Shown: in pieces, positions 59,855-64,000 of the stretch
Layout of the letters: the number at the start of each line of letters is the position of its first letter
How positions within the stretch are numbered: the stretch's first letter is position 1
DNA from: Mobula hypostoma
Lineage: Eukaryota
Length of the DNA: 64,000 nt
NCBI RefSeq assembly: GCF_963921235.1
Contig: NC_086118.1
Coordinates: 26,352,001-26,416,000 of the forward strand
Reading direction: 5' to 3'
Translations under genes and position numbers: made by a program
The notes under the pieces: generated by a model
What the model saw: only the letters and a program-made list of their open reading frames with translations
Told to the model about the DNA's origin: nothing
Databases searched by the model: none

Positions 59855-61582
59855 GAGGTAGTGATAGCCTTCTTGATATGCAACTGATCTTTTGGTGAGG
59901 GCAGATTTACAGTGTTAGTAAACAAGGAGTGCTAGAAATTTTTTTGTTCCAGATTACAGCTTCTGTGTCTCCAACTCCTGTCTAATGATATTAGAATGAC
60001 TGTGAACTCTATGGACTCTGAATATACTCTTTGCTGCCTCAGCAAAGCAGCTAGCATAATGATTGCGAGCAGGTTTAAATATGATAATTGGCTGAAATGA
60101 TTGTGTCCCTACCTTGGCATATTAAAAAAATTGGAGATCTGAGGACAAACCAAGAAATAATCAATTTTGGGTACAAATAGGTATGGACAATTCAGCTTTT
60201 CATTTTGACCCCAACATTGGAAGGGGCTTCAAGAGAAAGCGGTTGAGGTTGGTACAACAGTAACGTTTAAAAACCACTTGAACAGGTATGTGGATAGGAA
60301 AGTTCAAGAGGCATTCTGGTCAAATGCAAGCAAGTGAGACTAGCTTAGATGAGCATCTTAATCAGCATGGACGAGTTAGGATGAAGGGCCCATTTCCATG
60401 ATGTATGATTCTGTGACTCTGTGTTATGTTATTGCCATCTATGAGATTAGGAATCTCCCTTTTCTCATGTTAGCTTCCTTTTGAGCCCTGTTGAAATCTG
60501 AGTTTGTCCCATTTTAGTTAAACTCCTTTCCCCATTGTTTGCTTTATCTCTCTAGTCAACCGTCACCTGAAAACTGATTGTACTGGCTATTTGCTTACAC
60601 ATGTTGCAAGAAAGCTTACTATTAATGTAACACCTAACCATATGTTTCAGAAATTCCCAAAACAATTAACATGAAATAAGCTGCTCTGAAATACAGGTAG
60701 TATTGAAATCTAAGGGAACTCTTAACTTTTATCAGTTTTTCACTAAATCACTTCCAAACTTTCACAAATGTTTCCCAAGTGTTCAACAATCCTTCTCTAT
60801 TGGTCAACCATTAGGATTTCTAGAGCACCAATGCTCCCTGGCTATTAGGGTAGAGATAACTTTTTGGCTATTAGGATAGAGATCACTTTTGGTTTGAACT
60901 GCAAAACGCTAAATCTAATTTGAACTGTCTGTTATTAGATGACATCCTTGTGATTACAGTGTCTTTCTCTCAGACAAATGCACTGTTTTACCCATCTGAG
61001 ATTAGATTTGTGTAATGTACTGAAAGCAAACCTTTCACTGGACTTCATTGAGTTACTTCACATTGCCGATAGGCAATATCTGTGGCAGGAAACTACTGCT
61101 TATATTTGAGGCTGCACTGTCAGAGAATTTCCCTGACAGCATTAAAAAGACTTGCATTTATGTAGGACTATTTAAAAGCCCTATTGTAGTCTGCACCAAC
61201 TGAACTCACTTTAAAGAATGACTATTTCTGCAATGTAAGAAATATGTGTGTACATATTTAACAAATAGAAATACACAGGGGCTGCCAACCTGGGGTCCAC
61301 AAACCCCTCAGTTAATGGTAGGGATCCATGGTATAAAAATCATTGGAACCTCTGAGATGTTTGTGGTTTTTCATGGAAATTAATAAATCATTACATCAAG
61401 GGCAAAGTTATTCAACTAAAAGCTTTCTAAAATGTTCCATCAGAATCTCCTTTCTCACAAAACACTTAAAACTCCAGAATAGCCTGATTGAATATGAAGC
61501 CACTAATCATGAACATGACTTCCAGATTTAATCTCTTCAAGCACTGTTTTCAGAGTCATAGCGAAGGCACTCCTACATATTA

Positions 61583-61728
61583 GCCAATCCCTCTCTCGCA
61601 TTTTGAGTCATTCCAATGGAAAGCATTTTCTAACTGCTATCTGATCTTAATGAGGCCAATTCCTCTCTCGCATTCTGAGTCATTCCAATGGAAAGCATTT
61701 TCTAACTGCTATCTGATCTTAATGAGGC
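61583..61728. repeat. 72-bp tandem duplication (2 copies, 2 visible mismatches)
   Basis: Units start at 61583 and 61655. Confidence 0.92.
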
Positions 61729-63307
61729 AGAGTGAAGTTGCCTTTCATTATAATCACTGATTGACACATGTAGAATGAAAATTATGGGGCTTTGCTAACA
61801 GGTAGGTAAGTCAGTCAGGAGAAAGATTTACCCTGCGCTCACCACAGATGCTGTGAGAAATGGAAAATGCATGTCCTTACATCCACTTTATCCTACCCAC
61901 ATCCAATGTTTGTTGAACATCAATGATTCATTCTGTTCCCCATTCCACTCATTTCCTCCCTGCGAGGCTTCCAACTGCAGCACTCCTCAACCATTTCAGA
62001 TTCTCCCTTCTGGTGCACTCTTCAGCCGTTTAGAACTGAAGCAAGCTGTTTCCTGACTTTGAGCATTCTTTTATCTCATCCTTCAGCCACAAGGCTTGAT
62101 CTTTCAGCTTAGCTTCTGACCAAAAATCAACTCACTCTTCAAATGCTTAGGGAGGCATTGCTATGATTAGAGAGAATTTGCTGTTCAAAGTGATGGTCCT
62201 AATTTTACAAAGCTTTTAAAAGCCACTTTAATTCTATTAGTCAGGTTGGGGCCAAGGGCAAGAGAAACTCAAAATTTTTCTGTAATTTGAAGAATTCAGG
62301 AGTATATTGTTTGGCACTAACTAGTAACCTAAAGCTATGAGCTTAAAAATTCAATGAATGCAAGTTTAGATATCAACAGGTCAAAACAAAAATTTGAATT
62401 CAGTTTTAAAACATTTCTGGAACTGCTTTAGTGCAAGAGGCCACAAATCTACCTGTCATAAGAAACCTAACTGGTTCACTAATTTCTCTAAGAGGAAAAA
62501 TACTTTCCTTACCAGCTTTTGCCAACATGCAACTCCAGTCTCTCATTGACAACAGGTCACTTTTAAGTATTCATTAAATTTGATTATGAGTCCTTCATTG
62601 ATCTCAAACACTTTGACAACTAAAAATGGGCCAAGATGCTTTGACCTCCACCAGTCATTAGTAATTACTTTAATATTGTCAATTTACTGAGACAAAATTA
62701 GAAACTTTATTTTGCTGGCCATCCAGATAATTTCAAAATCCAAGTACATGATAGTACAAGGGAAAAGCAGTAACATAATGCAGAATATAGTGCTACAGTT
62801 ACAGAGATACCCACATCCCTGTCAATTCTTGGCTTTCAGTACATATTTTGACTTTAATAAGAATTTCTTTAAAATCCACTGGTCCCATTCAGCATGCAAA
62901 AGGTGCAGTCACTAAAATTCAAAAGATGTAGTCATTCTGTTTTTCATTCAAAAACTGCATGGAAGTGGGCTGGAAAGAGGGAGGAAAATGTCAAGGACTT
63001 GAACAGATTTTGGACATTTAGTTAAGAATTTATTATTCCACATGGGTTATGACCAAAGAAAAGAAGATGGCTGGAGTTACTAAGCACTGTCATGCAGGAG
63101 TGTTTATTCGGTGTATCAAATAATCAAATTTACAAAAATTTCAACCAGAAAATTCGACAAAAGCTCTGTACTTGGTCCAGTATGATCATGATATCTCTCT
63201 CTCTCTCTCTCATGGAAAGCACTAGAGAACCAACCCATTATAAGAATATATTGGGGGTAAGTCTTTGAAGTGTGCACACTCAGCACAATGACAGCAGAAC
63301 AGCAAGG

Positions 63308-63365
63308 GTGTGAGTGTGAGTGAGTGTGTGTGTGTGGGGGGGGGGAGAGAGAGAGAGAGAGAGAG

Positions 63366-63402
<37 letters not shown>
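63308..63402. repeat. Compound microsatellite (GT/GAGT)n-(G)n-(GA)n-(GT)n
   Basis: Directly visible. Confidence 0.95.
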
Positions 63403-63404
<2 letters not shown>

Positions 63405-63835
63405 ATATGTGTATGTGTACACAGAATGCACTTACTGAGTGCCCTCTATCACAAATTTGGAGGGAAACTCTGCGCATGGGATTACTTCAGCTGAGGCCCT
63501 GTTCCTGACAAAGTGGAAGAGAAAAGAAACATACTCCTAACTAAATGTCAGAAGACGAAATTGTTTTTATGGAATGGCAAATATTGCACTGGTAGAAGTC
63601 AGCAAGGGGAATAATCTTAAAAGCAACATGCTGAAGGACTGAATATTTAAGGATGTCAGCAAGAAACAGTTAGTGGAAAGTTGAGGATGCTGGACTTACA
63701 ACATGGTTGAACTTAAATACCCAACAGAGGGATATTAGTGAAAGGAAGGCAGAATCAGATTCCACAGAAATTTTCAAAGGGCATTTGGATATGTTTTGGG
63801 GTGAGAAATAATTTGCAGAGTTTATGGTAAAAGCT

Positions 63836-64000
63836 GGGTGGTGGGTTGGAGATATGTCTCTACCAAAGGAGGTATAAAGCGCTCCTTCCCTCCGCTAGCC
63901 TAGAGATCAACCAAGAGCAAGGTGTAGCCATGGGAGAAGTGGTGGATGGTCGTATGAGCAGCTGGTTCATATCACATGTTGGTTATGCAACCACTGAGGT
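63836..64000 (+). mobile_element. Third copy of the same SINE-like repeat (runs off the window)
   Basis: ggagatatgtctctaccaaaggaggtataaagcgctccttccctccgctagcc. Confidence 0.7.

Overview
Vertebrate genomic DNA, probably from a cartilaginous fish (inferred from the HE1/V-SINE-like, CR1 and Neptune repeat content). The window is mostly intron of a minus-strand USP43-like deubiquitinase gene; only two coding exons were recognised (41620-41755 and 37786-37933). The rest is dense with transposons: a near full-length decayed CR1 LINE (7951-12290), a Tc1 IR/DR transposon (39719-41333), many Penelope-like (PLE, Neptune-type) fragments, a HERO/RLE-type LINE 3' end, nested hAT MITEs and SINEs. The outstanding structure is a young 6.3-kb head-to-head palindromic Neptune insertion (42219-48560). 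It has two 3068-bp near-identical arms, each with an open RT + GIY-YIG frame and a minimal hammerhead ribozyme, around a 166-bp spacer whose junctions suggest two template switches. One 13-bp target-site duplication (TSD) flanks it inside an old CR1 remnant, about 460 bp upstream of a USP43 exon. An older head-to-head Neptune insert with its own 11-bp TSD lies at 51621-53573. Family and gene names come from motif recognition, not database searches.
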